Notes under the pieces: model-generated
Databases searched by the model: none
Seen by the model: only the letters and a program-made list of their open reading frames with translations
Told to the model about the DNA's origin: nothing
Translations under genes and position numbers: made by a program
DNA from: Ectothiorhodospiraceae bacterium
Lineage (GTDB): Bacteria; Pseudomonadota; Gammaproteobacteria; Nitrococcales; Aquisalimonadaceae
NCBI GenBank assembly: GCA_007117515.1
Contig: SKGQ01000037.1
Coordinates: 23,286-87,285, forward strand
Direction: 5' to 3'
DNA: 64,000 nt
Shown: piece by piece, positions 53,436-63,693 of the stretch
Numbering within the stretch: the first letter of the stretch is position 1
Layout of the letters: each line of letters starts with the position of its first letter

Positions 53436-54809
53436 ATGGCGACGACAACCATCAAGGTGCCCGACATCGGCGACTTCGACGAGGTCGATGTCATCGAAGT
53501 GCTGGTAGCGGAAGGTGACACCGTGGAGGCGGAACAAAGCCTCATCACCCTGGAATCCGACAAGGCGACCATGGAGGTGCCGGCGGAGAGCGCCGGCAAG
53601 GTCAGCAAGGTGCTGATCAAGGTCGGCGACAAGGTGGCTGAAGGCACGGCCATTCTCGAGCTGGAAACCGACGGCACGGATGCATCGGACAAGACCGAGG
53701 ATACGCCGGCCGCATCGGAACCCGCCGAAGAAAAGGAAGAAAAGAAGGATCCGGCGGCCGACACCCCGGAAACCGATACGCCCAAAGCGGCCGAGCCTGC
53801 GGTCACCAAGGCGACCGATCACCAGCTCTACCAGCTGGAGGCCGATGCCGAGCCGGTGCCGGTCCAGAGCATCGATAGCGAAGGGCACCGTCTCGCCCAT
53901 GCCTCTCCGGCGGTCCGGCGCTACGCCCGCGAGTTGGGCATCGACCTGTCCGGGCTGTCCGGGTCTGGTCGCAAGGGACGGATCATGCGCGAAGACGTGC
54001 AGCAGTTCGTCAAACAGGCGGTGAGCCAGACGGCCGGTGGCGGCACGACGGCCGCACCGGCGGCAGGGGGCATGGGCATCCCGCCGATCCCGGAGGTGGA
54101 CTTCAGCAAGTTCGGCGAGGTCGAGGAACAGCCACTGTCCCGGATCAAGCAGAAGTCCGGGCCGCATCTGCACCGCTCCTGGCTCAACGTGCCGCATGTC
54201 ACCCAGTTCGACGAGGCCGACATCACCGAGCTTGAGGCCTTCCGCAAGGCCGAGAAAGCCGCCGCCGAGAAAGCGGGCGTCAAGCTCACGCCGCTGGCCT
54301 TTCTGGTCAAGGCTGCGGCCGCCGCCCTCCGGGCCTTTCCGAACTTCAACAGCAGCCTGAAGCCGGATGGCTCGGCCCTGATCGTCAAGCACTACATCAA
54401 CGTCGGCGTTGCGGTGGATACACCCAATGGCCTGGTGGTGCCGGTGATCAAGGATGCCGACAGGAAGGGCATCTTCGACATCGCCCGCGATCTCGGCGAG
54501 ATCAGCGTCAAGGCCCGCGACGGCAAGCTGGGCCCCGGCGACATGCAGGGTGGCACCTTCAGCATCTCCAGCCTCGGCGGCATCGGCGGCACGGCCTTCA
54601 CGCCCATCGTCAATGCGCCGGAGGTGGCGATCCTCGGTGTCTCCCGCTCGGACATGCAACCGAAGTGGAACGGTCAGGAATTCGAGCCGCGGCTGATGCT
54701 GCCGCTGTCGCTGTCCTATGACCATCGGGTCATCGACGGCGCCGCCGCGGCCCGCTTCACCACCCATCTGAGCGGCCTGCTGGGGGATCTGCGGCGGCTG
54801 GTGCTTTAG
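53436..54809 (+). CDS. aceF: Dihydrolipoamide acetyltransferase (E2), single lipoyl domain
   Basis: [30 protein letters not shown]. Confidence 0.96.
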   Translation: MATTTIKVPDIGDFDEVDVIEVLVAEGDTVEAEQSLITLESDKATMEVPAESAGKVSKVLIKVGDKVAEGTAILELETDGTDASDKTEDTPAASEPAEEKEEKKDPAADTPETDTPKAAEPAVTKATDHQLYQLEADAEPVPVQSIDSEGHRLAHASPAVRRYARELGIDLSGLSGSGRKGRIMREDVQQFVKQAVSQTAGGGTTAAPAAGGMGIPPIPEVDFSKFGEVEEQPLSRIKQKSGPHLHRSWLNVPHVTQFDEADITELEAFRKAEKAAAEKAGVKLTPLAFLVKAAAAALRAFPNFNSSLKPDGSALIVKHYINVGVAVDTPNGLVVPVIKDADRKGIFDIARDLGEISVKARDGKLGPGDMQGGTFSISSLGGIGGTAFTPIVNAPEVAILGVSRSDMQPKWNGQEFEPRLMLPLSLSYDHRVIDGAAAARFTTHLSGLLGDLRRLVL

Positions 54810-54833
54810 CTGGAGGCTGGGCTGCCGTACCGG

Positions 54834-54939
54834 GCAGGAGGGGAGCAGGCTGCCGTCGCGGGACGGTGTGAAAACGTCCTGTAAGCTCGACGGCGGCGTC
54901 CATGCCGCCGACGCCCGAGCCGGCAGCCTCCTCCCCTGC
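54834..54939 (-). repeat. REP/MITE-like nested palindrome, copy 2 (opposite orientation)
   Basis: Imperfect outer arms with perfect core AGGCTGCCG/CGGCAGCCT, inner 7-bp hairpin, and a core shared with the 48626 element. Confidence 0.7.
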
Positions 54940-55126
54940 TGCCGAACGCTTTGGGGGTTGACCGGGCGCAGCCACAGCCTGGATGTGGTGCGCCCCTGCA
55001 TTGATCGAAGTCCTGGCGTTGGAATGACCAACAACGGCGGCGGCAGGTGCGGAAGGTCTCGAAGCCTCGGCTGCGGCAAGCCCGATAACTGCCAGCACGA
55101 GATGACAACGAATCAAGGAATCGGAC

Positions 55127-56902
55127 ATGGCGAACGAAACGATCAAAGTCCCGGACATCGGCGATTTCGATGAAGTCGATGTCATTGAAGTGCTGGTTGC
55201 GGAAGGCGACGAGGTCGCCGCGGAACAGTCGCTGATCACCCTGGAATCCGACAAGGCGACCATGGAAGTGCCGGCGGACCGGGCCGGAAAGGTCAGCAAG
55301 ATGCTGATCAAGGTCGGCGACAAGGTCGCCGAGGGGACGCCGATCCTGGAGCTCGAGGCCGCCTCCGATGCCGGAGAGGCCGACAAGCCCAAGTCCGGTG
55401 AACAGTCTTCCGAGGACAAGCCGGCGGCGCCGGAAAAGACTGCTGCAAAGCCCAGGCAGGACCAGGCCACGCCGGCGCCCGGCGATGCTCCTTCTGACAC
55501 CGACTGCGACCTGGTCGTGGTCGGCGCCGGACCTGGTGGTTATACCGCCGCCTTCCGCGCCGCCGATCTGGGGCTGAAGGTGATCCTGATCGAGCGCTAT
55601 CCGAGCCTCGGCGGCGTCTGCCTGAATGTGGGCTGCATTCCGTCCAAGGCCCTGCTGCATGTGGGCCACATCATGGACACCGCGGCGGCCTTCAAGGACC
55701 ACGGCATCATCTTCAACAAACCGAAGATCGAGCTGGACAAGCTCCGCTCCTGGAAAGACTCCGTGATCGGCAAGCTCACCGGCGGGCTCGCCGGCATGGC
55801 GAAGAAACGCAAGGTGGAAACCGTGACCGGTGTCGCCCGCTTCACCGGCAGCCATTCGCTCAGCGTCAAGGGCGAGGACGACGAGCGCGAGATCCGCTTC
55901 AAGCACGCCATTGTGGCCGCCGGTTCGCGGCCGGTCATGCCGCCCGGCATGGACCTGGATGACCCGCGGGTCATGGATTCCACCGACGCACTGAAGCTGG
56001 AAGACATCCCGAAACGGCTGCTGGTCATCGGCGGTGGGATCATTGGCCTGGAGATGGCCACCGTCTACGCGGCCCTGGGCTCGAAGATCACCGTGGTCGA
56101 AATGCTGGACCGGATCATGGTTGGCGCCGACAAGGACCTGATCCGACCCTACGAAAAACGTATCCGCGGCCGCTACGAGAACATCTTCCTCAAGGCCAAG
56201 GTCACCGGCATGGAAGCGCAGAAAAAAGGCATCAAGGTGTCCTTCGAGGGCGAGGGCGTGCCGGACACCGACACTTTCGACCGGGTGCTGGTATCGGTGG
56301 GGCGGCGGCCGAATGGTGATCAGCTCAATCTGGAGGCCGCCGGGCTGGAGCATGATGGCGGTTTCATCAGCGTCGACGATCAAATGCGCAGCAGCGTGCC
56401 GCACATTTTCGCCATCGGCGACATCATCGGTCAGCCGATGCTCGCCCACAAGGCGTCGCATGAAGGCAAGGTGGCAGCGGAGGTCATCGCCGGCGAGAAA
56501 AGCGCATTCGATGCCCGGGTGATTCCGTCGGTGGCGTATACCGATCCGGAGGTGGCCTGGGTCGGACTGACCGAAGAACAGGCCAGGGAGCAAGGCATCG
56601 AGGTGGAGAAAGGTCTGTTCCCCTGGGCCGCCAGCGGTCGCGCCCTGGCCATGGGCCGCGACGAGGGCCTCACCAAGCTGCTGTTCAGCAAGGAAACCGG
56701 GAGGCTGGTCGGCGGCGCCGTGCTCGGCCCCAATGCCGGGGATGTGATTGGTGAAATCTGTCTTGGCATTGAAATGGGCGCAGAAGCGGCCGACATCGGC
56801 CTCACCATCCACCCGCATCCGACTCTGATCGAGACCGTGGGCATGGCGGCCGAGGCAGCGGAAGGGACGATCACCGACCTGTACATGCCGAAAAAACGTT
56901 GA
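55127..56902 (+). CDS. lpdA: Dihydrolipoyl dehydrogenase with N-terminal lipoyl domain (PDH E3, PdhL type)
   Basis: Lipoyl domain [11 protein letters not shown], linker, then [13 protein letters not shown] and HPHPTLIE. Confidence 0.95.
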   Translation: MANETIKVPDIGDFDEVDVIEVLVAEGDEVAAEQSLITLESDKATMEVPADRAGKVSKMLIKVGDKVAEGTPILELEAASDAGEADKPKSGEQSSEDKPAAPEKTAAKPRQDQATPAPGDAPSDTDCDLVVVGAGPGGYTAAFRAADLGLKVILIERYPSLGGVCLNVGCIPSKALLHVGHIMDTAAAFKDHGIIFNKPKIELDKLRSWKDSVIGKLTGGLAGMAKKRKVETVTGVARFTGSHSLSVKGEDDEREIRFKHAIVAAGSRPVMPPGMDLDDPRVMDSTDALKLEDIPKRLLVIGGGIIGLEMATVYAALGSKITVVEMLDRIMVGADKDLIRPYEKRIRGRYENIFLKAKVTGMEAQKKGIKVSFEGEGVPDTDTFDRVLVSVGRRPNGDQLNLEAAGLEHDGGFISVDDQMRSSVPHIFAIGDIIGQPMLAHKASHEGKVAAEVIAGEKSAFDARVIPSVAYTDPEVAWVGLTEEQAREQGIEVEKGLFPWAASGRALAMGRDEGLTKLLFSKETGRLVGGAVLGPNAGDVIGEICLGIEMGAEAADIGLTIHPHPTLIETVGMAAEAAEGTITDLYMPKKR

Positions 56903-57007
56903 AGGTTCGATACTGCAGGTTCAACGTGGCGCAAGCGCGCCCGGACTCCACCACTGCGCAACTGTTGATTCAGTCGCGTCATGTTGAACACTGGACGATT
57001 TCGCCGC

Positions 57008-58000
57008 ATGAGCTACGCACGAATCATAACGACTGCCCATTACGTTCCAGAACGCCTGGTCAGCAACGCCGAGCTGAACGCGCATTTCACGGCACTGGGC
57101 AAGCCGGAAGTGATCGGCAAGTTCGAGGCCAGTAGCGGCATTCTCCAGCGCTGGTACGCTGCGGAAGACTGGGCCACATCGGACCTGGCCCTGCCGGCGG
57201 CGCGGCAGGCCCTGGAACGCGCCGGGCGACGACCTGAAGACGTCGATCTGATTATCGTCGGCACCGATTCACCGGACTACATCACCCCCGCTACCTCGAC
57301 GGTACTGCAACACAAGCTGGGGGCGCGCAACGCCGGCACCTTCGATGTCGGTTGCGCCTGCGCCTCGTTCCCCACGGGGATCGCCACTGCGGCCGGGCTG
57401 TTGCAAGGAGGCACCGGCCTGCGCACCGTGCTGGTGGTGGGCGCATACCTGATGCGCAAACTGGCCGATCCGGATGACCCGATGATCTTTTTCTATGGCG
57501 ACGGCGCCGGTGCCGCGGTAATGGAACTGGGCGATGCGCCCGGCTATATCGGAGCCGCGTTTCGTGCCGATGGTGCCTACGCGAAGAGCTGGGGTCTGTT
57601 CGCCGGTGGCACAGCGGAACCGGCCTCGGCGGAGGCCGTGGCCGCGGGTCGGACACAGGTGCGACTGGTTGAGCGTTATCCACCCGAGATCAATGACGAT
57701 GGCTGGCCCCGGCTTTTTGATCAGCTGTGCGCCAACACCGGCATCAACGTCGATCAGATCGATCACCTGATCTTTACCCAGGTCCGTCGCAATACCATCG
57801 AGCTGGTTGCCGACCGCATCGGTCTGCCCCGGGACAAGGCACCACTGATCATGGACCGCTGGGGTTATACAGGATCCGCCTGCATCCCGATGGCACTCTC
57901 CGATGGCATGGCCAATGGGCGCATGCGGACCGGTGATCTGGTGGTCATGATCGGTTCCGGGGTCGGCTACAACCAGGCCGCGGTGGCGCTGCGCCTTTGA
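57008..58000 (+). CDS. 3-oxoacyl-ACP synthase III-like (FabH fold) enzyme with non-canonical active site
   Basis: FDVGCACASF with catalytic Cys; HQAN replaced by TQVR and GNT by GYT. Confidence 0.8.
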   Translation: MSYARIITTAHYVPERLVSNAELNAHFTALGKPEVIGKFEASSGILQRWYAAEDWATSDLALPAARQALERAGRRPEDVDLIIVGTDSPDYITPATSTVLQHKLGARNAGTFDVGCACASFPTGIATAAGLLQGGTGLRTVLVVGAYLMRKLADPDDPMIFFYGDGAGAAVMELGDAPGYIGAAFRADGAYAKSWGLFAGGTAEPASAEAVAAGRTQVRLVERYPPEINDDGWPRLFDQLCANTGINVDQIDHLIFTQVRRNTIELVADRIGLPRDKAPLIMDRWGYTGSACIPMALSDGMANGRMRTGDLVVMIGSGVGYNQAAVALRL

Positions 58001-58055
58001 GGAAATGGGGCCTGGCCCGCGTCTGCGCCTGGGGCGTGTTTACTCGCGCACCGGA

Positions 58056-58673
58056 TCAGGCGCCGAGACGATCGAGCAGCGCCTTGAAACAGGTTTCGAC
58101 CTGGGTTCTTTCATGCTTCCGAATGGCCGCGGCCTGCTCCTGGCCGATGGACTCTTCCAGCGTCGCAAGCATACCCGACTGCACCGCGGATTCGCGCGCA
58201 CTGTCCGTCTCCACCTGGTGCAGTGCGCGCAGGAATGGCGTATCCGGACTCTGATCGTCCGGCAGGAACGGCCATAGACGAACCACGTCCAGCAGGGCAT
58301 GACTCAGGGCCAGATAGCGATAGAACAACTCCGGGTCTGCCAGCAGCCCCTGCAGATACAGGGCCGCCCCGGTCCGGTTCCACAGTTCCAGGTTGAGGTT
58401 GGTCGCTTCCATGTAGAGCAGTGGATTGGCCGACCAGGCGGTCGCCTTGCCGAGCAGCGTCGCCAACTCGACTTCCTTGAAATACTGCTGCCGCAGGGCC
58501 TTGTGGGAGGGCACATCGGCATGCTGCAGATCGGCGCGAGCCAACACCGCGCTGTTGATGGCCTTCACGGACTGCACGAACAGCGTAATCCGGGTCTGGT
58601 CGTCGGGATGTACGCTGCCGCGCGCGAAGCGCGCCTCGATCCGCTCCCGTGTTGCCGTATCGATGATGGCCAT
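58056..58673 (-). CDS. Hypothetical helical protein
   Basis: 205-aa ORF filling the gap between the FabH-like gene and gdh; no recognised motif. Confidence 0.6.
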   Translation of the reverse strand: MAIIDTATRERIEARFARGSVHPDDQTRITLFVQSVKAINSAVLARADLQHADVPSHKALRQQYFKEVELATLLGKATAWSANPLLYMEATNLNLELWNRTGAALYLQGLLADPELFYRYLALSHALLDVVRLWPFLPDDQSPDTPFLRALHQVETDSARESAVQSGMLATLEESIGQEQAAAIRKHERTQVETCFKALLDRLGA

Positions 58674-58878
58674 GGCGCCCCCCGGCTTTGCCCTGTCCTG
58701 CCAGTTTGCTACCGACCGGCCTGACAGCCAAACTCGAGTGAAGGAAGCAGCCGTGACTGCCAGATGACTCGAGTCCGACCTCTGGCGCGGACACGGCAGG
58801 AACCCGGCACTTCCCTACCATGAAAAGAACCGCCGGCCCTTTCCTGATGGATTCGTGCCGGCAGCGCGGGTGAGCAAC

Positions 58879-61800
58879 ATGCAGCACAGCGCCGAGGAGT
58901 ACAAGCGCCGCAGCATCAACGCGGTCGTTGAGCGTATTCACCAGAAGTGGCCAGAGGACACGGCGCCGCTGCTGGAAACCCTGGTTGCTCAATACTTCCG
59001 TCGCGTTCCGGCGGATGATCTGCAGCAGCGCAAGCCCGACAATCTTTACGGAATGACCGCGGCGCACTGGACGCTGGGTCGGCAACGCCGTTCCGGGCTG
59101 GTTCGCACTCAGGTGCTCAACCCGACGCCGGACCGGCATGGCTGGGAATCCAGCCACACCATCCTGCAGGTGGTAATGGAGGACCAGCCGTTCCTGATCG
59201 ATTCGATTGCCATGGCGCTGAACCGGCGCGGTCTGACCATTCATCTGACGGTCCATCCCATCGTCCGGGTAAAACGGGACGCGGATGACGAGATCTGCGA
59301 GCTGTTTGCCGACGACAGCAACGACGACGCCCAGGCCGAGGCCTGGATGCACTTCGAAGTCGACCGGATCGCCGGCGAAGACGAACGAAAGGCCTTGCAG
59401 AACGATGTCAAGACCGTCATCGAGCAGTGCCGCATCGTGGTCAACGACTGGCTGCCGATGCGGCAGCGCATGCAGGCCGTCCTAGAGGCGCTAGGCAAGC
59501 CCGGCGACCAGGAGGAGCAGGAGTGTCATGCCTTCCTGCAGTGGCTGATCAAGGATCATTTTACCTTCCTGGGTTACCGTCACTACAGGTTGCAGAAACA
59601 GGGTCGGGAGTATCAGCTGAACGGCGATCCGGATTCGGCCCTGGGGTTGCTTCGGGATAGCGACGGGGACCGCAGCACCCGACTCAGCAAGTTGCCGAAA
59701 GATGTCCGTGCCCGCGCCATGCAACCCGATCGCCTAGTGCTGACCAAATCGGCGAATCATTCACCGGTCCACCGGCCGGGATACATGGATCATGTGGGCA
59801 TCAAGGAACTCGACGACAAAGGCCGGGTTGTCGGCGAGCACCGCTTCCTCGGCCTTTACACGTCGGCCGCCTATAGCCGCAACCCGCGGGATATTCCGCT
59901 GCTCCGGCGCAGGCTGGATGCGGTGATGCGGAAGGCGGCGCTTCCGCGCAACAGTCATTCCGCCAAGGCACTCAGCCACCTTCTGGAAACCTACCCCAGG
60001 GACGAACTCTTCCAGAGTGATGTCGACACCCTCTATCGCATCGGCATGGGAATCCTGCACCTGCAGGAGCGGCAGCGGGTGAGGCTTTTCGTCCGCGAGG
60101 ACACCTACCGCCGTTTCGTCTCCTGCCTCGTCTATGCCCCGCGGGACCGTTATGACAGTAGCGTGCGCCGGCGTATGCAGAAGGAGCTGGAGCAGGCCTT
60201 CGCGTCCACACGCAGCGAGTTTTCGGTGAACCTGTCCGAGGCGGTACTGGCCCGCATTCATTTTCTCCTGCATGTCCCCGACCACCGCATACCCGAGGTT
60301 GATCTGCAGGCGCTGGAACATCGGCTGGCGCATGCCGCCAGGGACTGGTGCGACGAACTGCACGAAGCGCTGCTCGATTACTACGGGGAAGCCGACGGCA
60401 ACCACCTGTTCGAGCTTTATGGTCAAGCCTTCAGCGCCGCATACCGGGAGGACACCAGCGCGCGTACCGGCGCTCAGGACGTTGCCCGTCTGGAGTCACT
60501 GGATCCCGACCAGGATCTGCAAATCATGCCTTACCGACCGCTGGAGGCGCCGGACAACCTGATCCGCCTCCGGCTTTACCGCTTCGGCAATGCCATTCCG
60601 CTATCCGATGCGCTGCCACTGTTGGAGAACATGGGTCTGCGGGTGGTGGATGAACGCCCGTATGCGATCCACCTGGGCGCCGAAACCCACTGGATCCATG
60701 ACTTCGGACTCGAAGACGTAAGCCAGACCGCACCCGAACTTGACCAGGTCCGGGAGCTGTTCGAAAGCGGCTTTGATGCGATCTGGCATGGCCGGGTGGA
60801 GAACGATGGTTTCAATCGCCTGCTGCTGGGGGCACGACTGAGCTGGGCGGAGATCATCATACTGCGGGCCTATGCACGTTACCTGCGGCAAACCGGCACG
60901 ACGTTCAGTCAGGCCTACATCGAGGACACGCTGGTCGCGAACCCGCGGATCACCCGGCTACTGGTGCGGCTGTTCCACTACCGCCTGGATCCGGATCGGA
61001 CCGACAACAAGCGGGCCGCGCGGGTGGCGGAGCAGATCGAGTTGGCGCTGGCCGATGTACCGAGCCTGGACGAGGATCGAATCCTGCGACGCCTGCTGGC
61101 GGCAATGCAGGCGACCCTGCGCACCAGCTTCTATCAGGACACCGGCGAAGAGGAGGCGCTGAGCCTGAAACTCGCGCCGGCGGCTATTCCGGACATGCCC
61201 GAGCCGCATCCGGCGTTCGAGATCTACGTCTATTCGCCGCGGGTCGAGGGGGTACATCTAAGGGGCGGCAAGGTTGCCCGTGGCGGCCTGCGCTGGTCGG
61301 AACGCAAGGAGGATTTCCGCACCGAGGTGCTGGGTCTGATGAAGGCGCAGATGGTGAAGAACGCGGTCATCGTCCCGCTTGGGGCGAAGGGCGGGTTCGT
61401 CGCCCGACAGTTGCCCGAGGAACGCGAGGCCCAGCAGGAAGAAGTACGTGCCTGCTATCGTCTGTTCATCCGTGCCTTGCTGAATATCACAGACAATTAC
61501 CCCGGTGGCGAGATTGCCCCGCCTCCAGAGGTGGTTCGTCAGGACGGGGATGATACCTATCTGGTTGTCGCCGCCGACAAGGGCACGGCAACATTCTCGG
61601 ATACGGCCAACGCCATCGCTGCCGAATATGGCTTCTGGCTTGGCGACGCCTTCGCGTCAGGCGGCAGCAATGGCTACGACCACAAGAAAATGGGGATTAC
61701 CGCGCGCGGCGCCTGGGTGGCGGTCCAGCGCCATTTCCGCGAAATGGACCATGATATCCAGAGCACGCCGTTCAGCGTTGTCGGCGTTGGCGACATGTCC

Positions 61801-63693
61801 GGCGATGTATTCGGCAATGGCATGTTGCTGTCACGCCAGATCCGGCTGCTTGCCGCCTTCGACCACCGGCACATCTTTCTGGATCCGGATCCCGATCCGG
61901 AGGTCAGCTTCCAGGAACGGCAACGGTTATTTGGCCTTCCCCGCTCGTCCTGGGATGACTACGACCGAGGCCGACTGTCAGCCGGTGGCGACGTGTTTTC
62001 GCGCAGCGCCAAATCCGTGGAGCCGTCGGCCAGAGCCTGCCAGGCCCTTGGCATCGAACCGGGAGCGCGTACCCCGGCCGAACTGATGCAGGCAATCCTG
62101 CGGGCGCCGGTGGATCTGTTCTGGAACGGCGGCATTGGCACCTATGTGAAGGCCAGCAGTGAAACCCATGCCAATGTGGGTGACCGCAGCAACGATGCGG
62201 TCCGCGTGGACGCCAGCGAGCTGCGTTGCCAGGTGGTCGGCGAAGGCGGCAATCTTGGCGTTACGCAGCGGGCGCGCATCGAGTTTGCGCAGGCCGGCGG
62301 CCGCATCAATACCGATGCCATCGATAACGTTGGCGGCGTCGACTGCTCCGACCACGAGGTCAATATCAAGATCCTGTTGAACGGCCTGGTGGAGGCCGGC
62401 GAACTCACCGAGCCCCAGCGCAACCAGCTGCTGGCCGATATGAGCGACGAAGTGGCCGCGCTGGTTCTGCTGGACAATGACCGGCAGACCGAATCCCTGA
62501 GCATCATGCAGGCCAGGGCACCACGACTGCTGGCAGAGCAGGCCCGCCTGATCCGCGACATGGAAGCCTCCGGCCGTCTGAACCGGGAGCTGGAAGCCCT
62601 GCCGGGCGAGCGCCAGATCGACGAACGTCTGGCGCTTGGCGAAGGCCTCACCCGGCCCGAGATGGCCGTCCTTCTTGCCCACGCCAAGCTGGCTGGCTAC
62701 GAGTCCCTGATCAATAGCAAGTTGCCGGATGATCCGGACCTGCAGGACACGCTGCACAGCTACTTTCCAGGCGCACTCTGCGAACGCTATGGCCAACATC
62801 TTCCCGGTCATCGGCTGCGGCGCGAGATCATTGCCACCCAGGTCTGCAACGAATTGTTCAACCGGCTCGGCGCCAGCGTGCTGTTCCGTCTCAATGAGAA
62901 AACCGGGGCCACCGCCGAAGCCATTGCGCGCGCCTATTTCGTCAGTCGCCAGGTATTCCGGCTCGAAGTGCTGTGGTCGGATATCGACCGGCTTAATCAT
63001 CAGGTCTCCGGGCAGACCCAATCCGCCCTGCGGCTGGCAGTACTCGATGTGGTCGAGGCCGTCATGCTCTGGCTGGTGCGGCATTTCGACGGTCAGCAGG
63101 GCATTGCCCAGGCGGTGGAACGCCTGCAGCAGCCGGTTCAGAACCTGGACGAGGCGCTGCCGGACCTGCTGCCGGCCGAAGATCACGCCTATCTCGCCGA
63201 CTGCACCAATAGCTGGCTGGATGCCGGCGTTCCCGAGGTCCTGGCGCAGCGAATCGTTCGGCTTGAGCCGCTGTCCTCGGCGCTGGATATCGCGCTGATG
63301 GCTGAAGACACCCAGGCCTCCCTGACCCTGGCTGCCGAACTCTACTTCCGCCTGGCGGCGGAACTGGACCTGCGCTGGCTGTCGGCCAACATCCAGGCGC
63401 TGCCCGGCGATGATCCGTGGCAGGAACGCTTCCGCAGCGGTCTGCAGGACAGTCTCGGTGGGGCCAGACGGCTGCTGGCAACGGCGTTGCTGCGGGAGCG
63501 GGACCAGGACGGTGAGGCCGCGGCTCTGATGGATGACTGGCGGTTGCAGCAGACCAAGGCCCTGCTGCGCCTGCAGCAGACAGTGCAGGATCTTCGCGCT
63601 GCCGGCACGCCGACCGCGGCGATGCTTAGCGTCACGGTGCAGGATTTGCAGGATCTGGCGGCACTTACGACCCAGGGCCATGCCGATGCCTGA
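58879..63693 (+). CDS. gdhB: Large NAD-specific glutamate dehydrogenase (GDH2 type)
   Basis: About 1600 aa; RGGLRWS, KNAVIVPLGAKGGF, AADKGTA, GYDHKKMGITARGAW, GEGGNLG. Confidence 0.95.
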   Translation: MQHSAEEYKRRSINAVVERIHQKWPEDTAPLLETLVAQYFRRVPADDLQQRKPDNLYGMTAAHWTLGRQRRSGLVRTQVLNPTPDRHGWESSHTILQVVMEDQPFLIDSIAMALNRRGLTIHLTVHPIVRVKRDADDEICELFADDSNDDAQAEAWMHFEVDRIAGEDERKALQNDVKTVIEQCRIVVNDWLPMRQRMQAVLEALGKPGDQEEQECHAFLQWLIKDHFTFLGYRHYRLQKQGREYQLNGDPDSALGLLRDSDGDRSTRLSKLPKDVRARAMQPDRLVLTKSANHSPVHRPGYMDHVGIKELDDKGRVVGEHRFLGLYTSAAYSRNPRDIPLLRRRLDAVMRKAALPRNSHSAKALSHLLETYPRDELFQSDVDTLYRIGMGILHLQERQRVRLFVREDTYRRFVSCLVYAPRDRYDSSVRRRMQKELEQAFASTRSEFSVNLSEAVLARIHFLLHVPDHRIPEVDLQALEHRLAHAARDWCDELHEALLDYYGEADGNHLFELYGQAFSAAYREDTSARTGAQDVARLESLDPDQDLQIMPYRPLEAPDNLIRLRLYRFGNAIPLSDALPLLENMGLRVVDERPYAIHLGAETHWIHDFGLEDVSQTAPELDQVRELFESGFDAIWHGRVENDGFNRLLLGARLSWAEIIILRAYARYLRQTGTTFSQAYIEDTLVANPRITRLLVRLFHYRLDPDRTDNKRAARVAEQIELALADVPSLDEDRILRRLLAAMQATLRTSFYQDTGEEEALSLKLAPAAIPDMPEPHPAFEIYVYSPRVEGVHLRGGKVARGGLRWSERKEDFRTEVLGLMKAQMVKNAVIVPLGAKGGFVARQLPEEREAQQEEVRACYRLFIRALLNITDNYPGGEIAPPPEVVRQDGDDTYLVVAADKGTATFSDTANAIAAEYGFWLGDAFASGGSNGYDHKKMGITARGAWVAVQRHFREMDHDIQSTPFSVVGVGDMSGDVFGNGMLLSRQIRLLAAFDHRHIFLDPDPDPEVSFQERQRLFGLPRSSWDDYDRGRLSAGGDVFSRSAKSVEPSARACQALGIEPGARTPAELMQAILRAPVDLFWNGGIGTYVKASSETHANVGDRSNDAVRVDASELRCQVVGEGGNLGVTQRARIEFAQAGGRINTDAIDNVGGVDCSDHEVNIKILLNGLVEAGELTEPQRNQLLADMSDEVAALVLLDNDRQTESLSIMQARAPRLLAEQARLIRDMEASGRLNRELEALPGERQIDERLALGEGLTRPEMAVLLAHAKLAGYESLINSKLPDDPDLQDTLHSYFPGALCERYGQHLPGHRLRREIIATQVCNELFNRLGASVLFRLNEKTGATAEAIARAYFVSRQVFRLEVLWSDIDRLNHQVSGQTQSALRLAVLDVVEAVMLWLVRHFDGQQGIAQAVERLQQPVQNLDEALPDLLPAEDHAYLADCTNSWLDAGVPEVLAQRIVRLEPLSSALDIALMAEDTQASLTLAAELYFRLAAELDLRWLSANIQALPGDDPWQERFRSGLQDSLGGARRLLATALLRERDQDGEAAALMDDWRLQQTKALLRLQQTVQDLRAAGTPTAAMLSVTVQDLQDLAALTTQGHADA

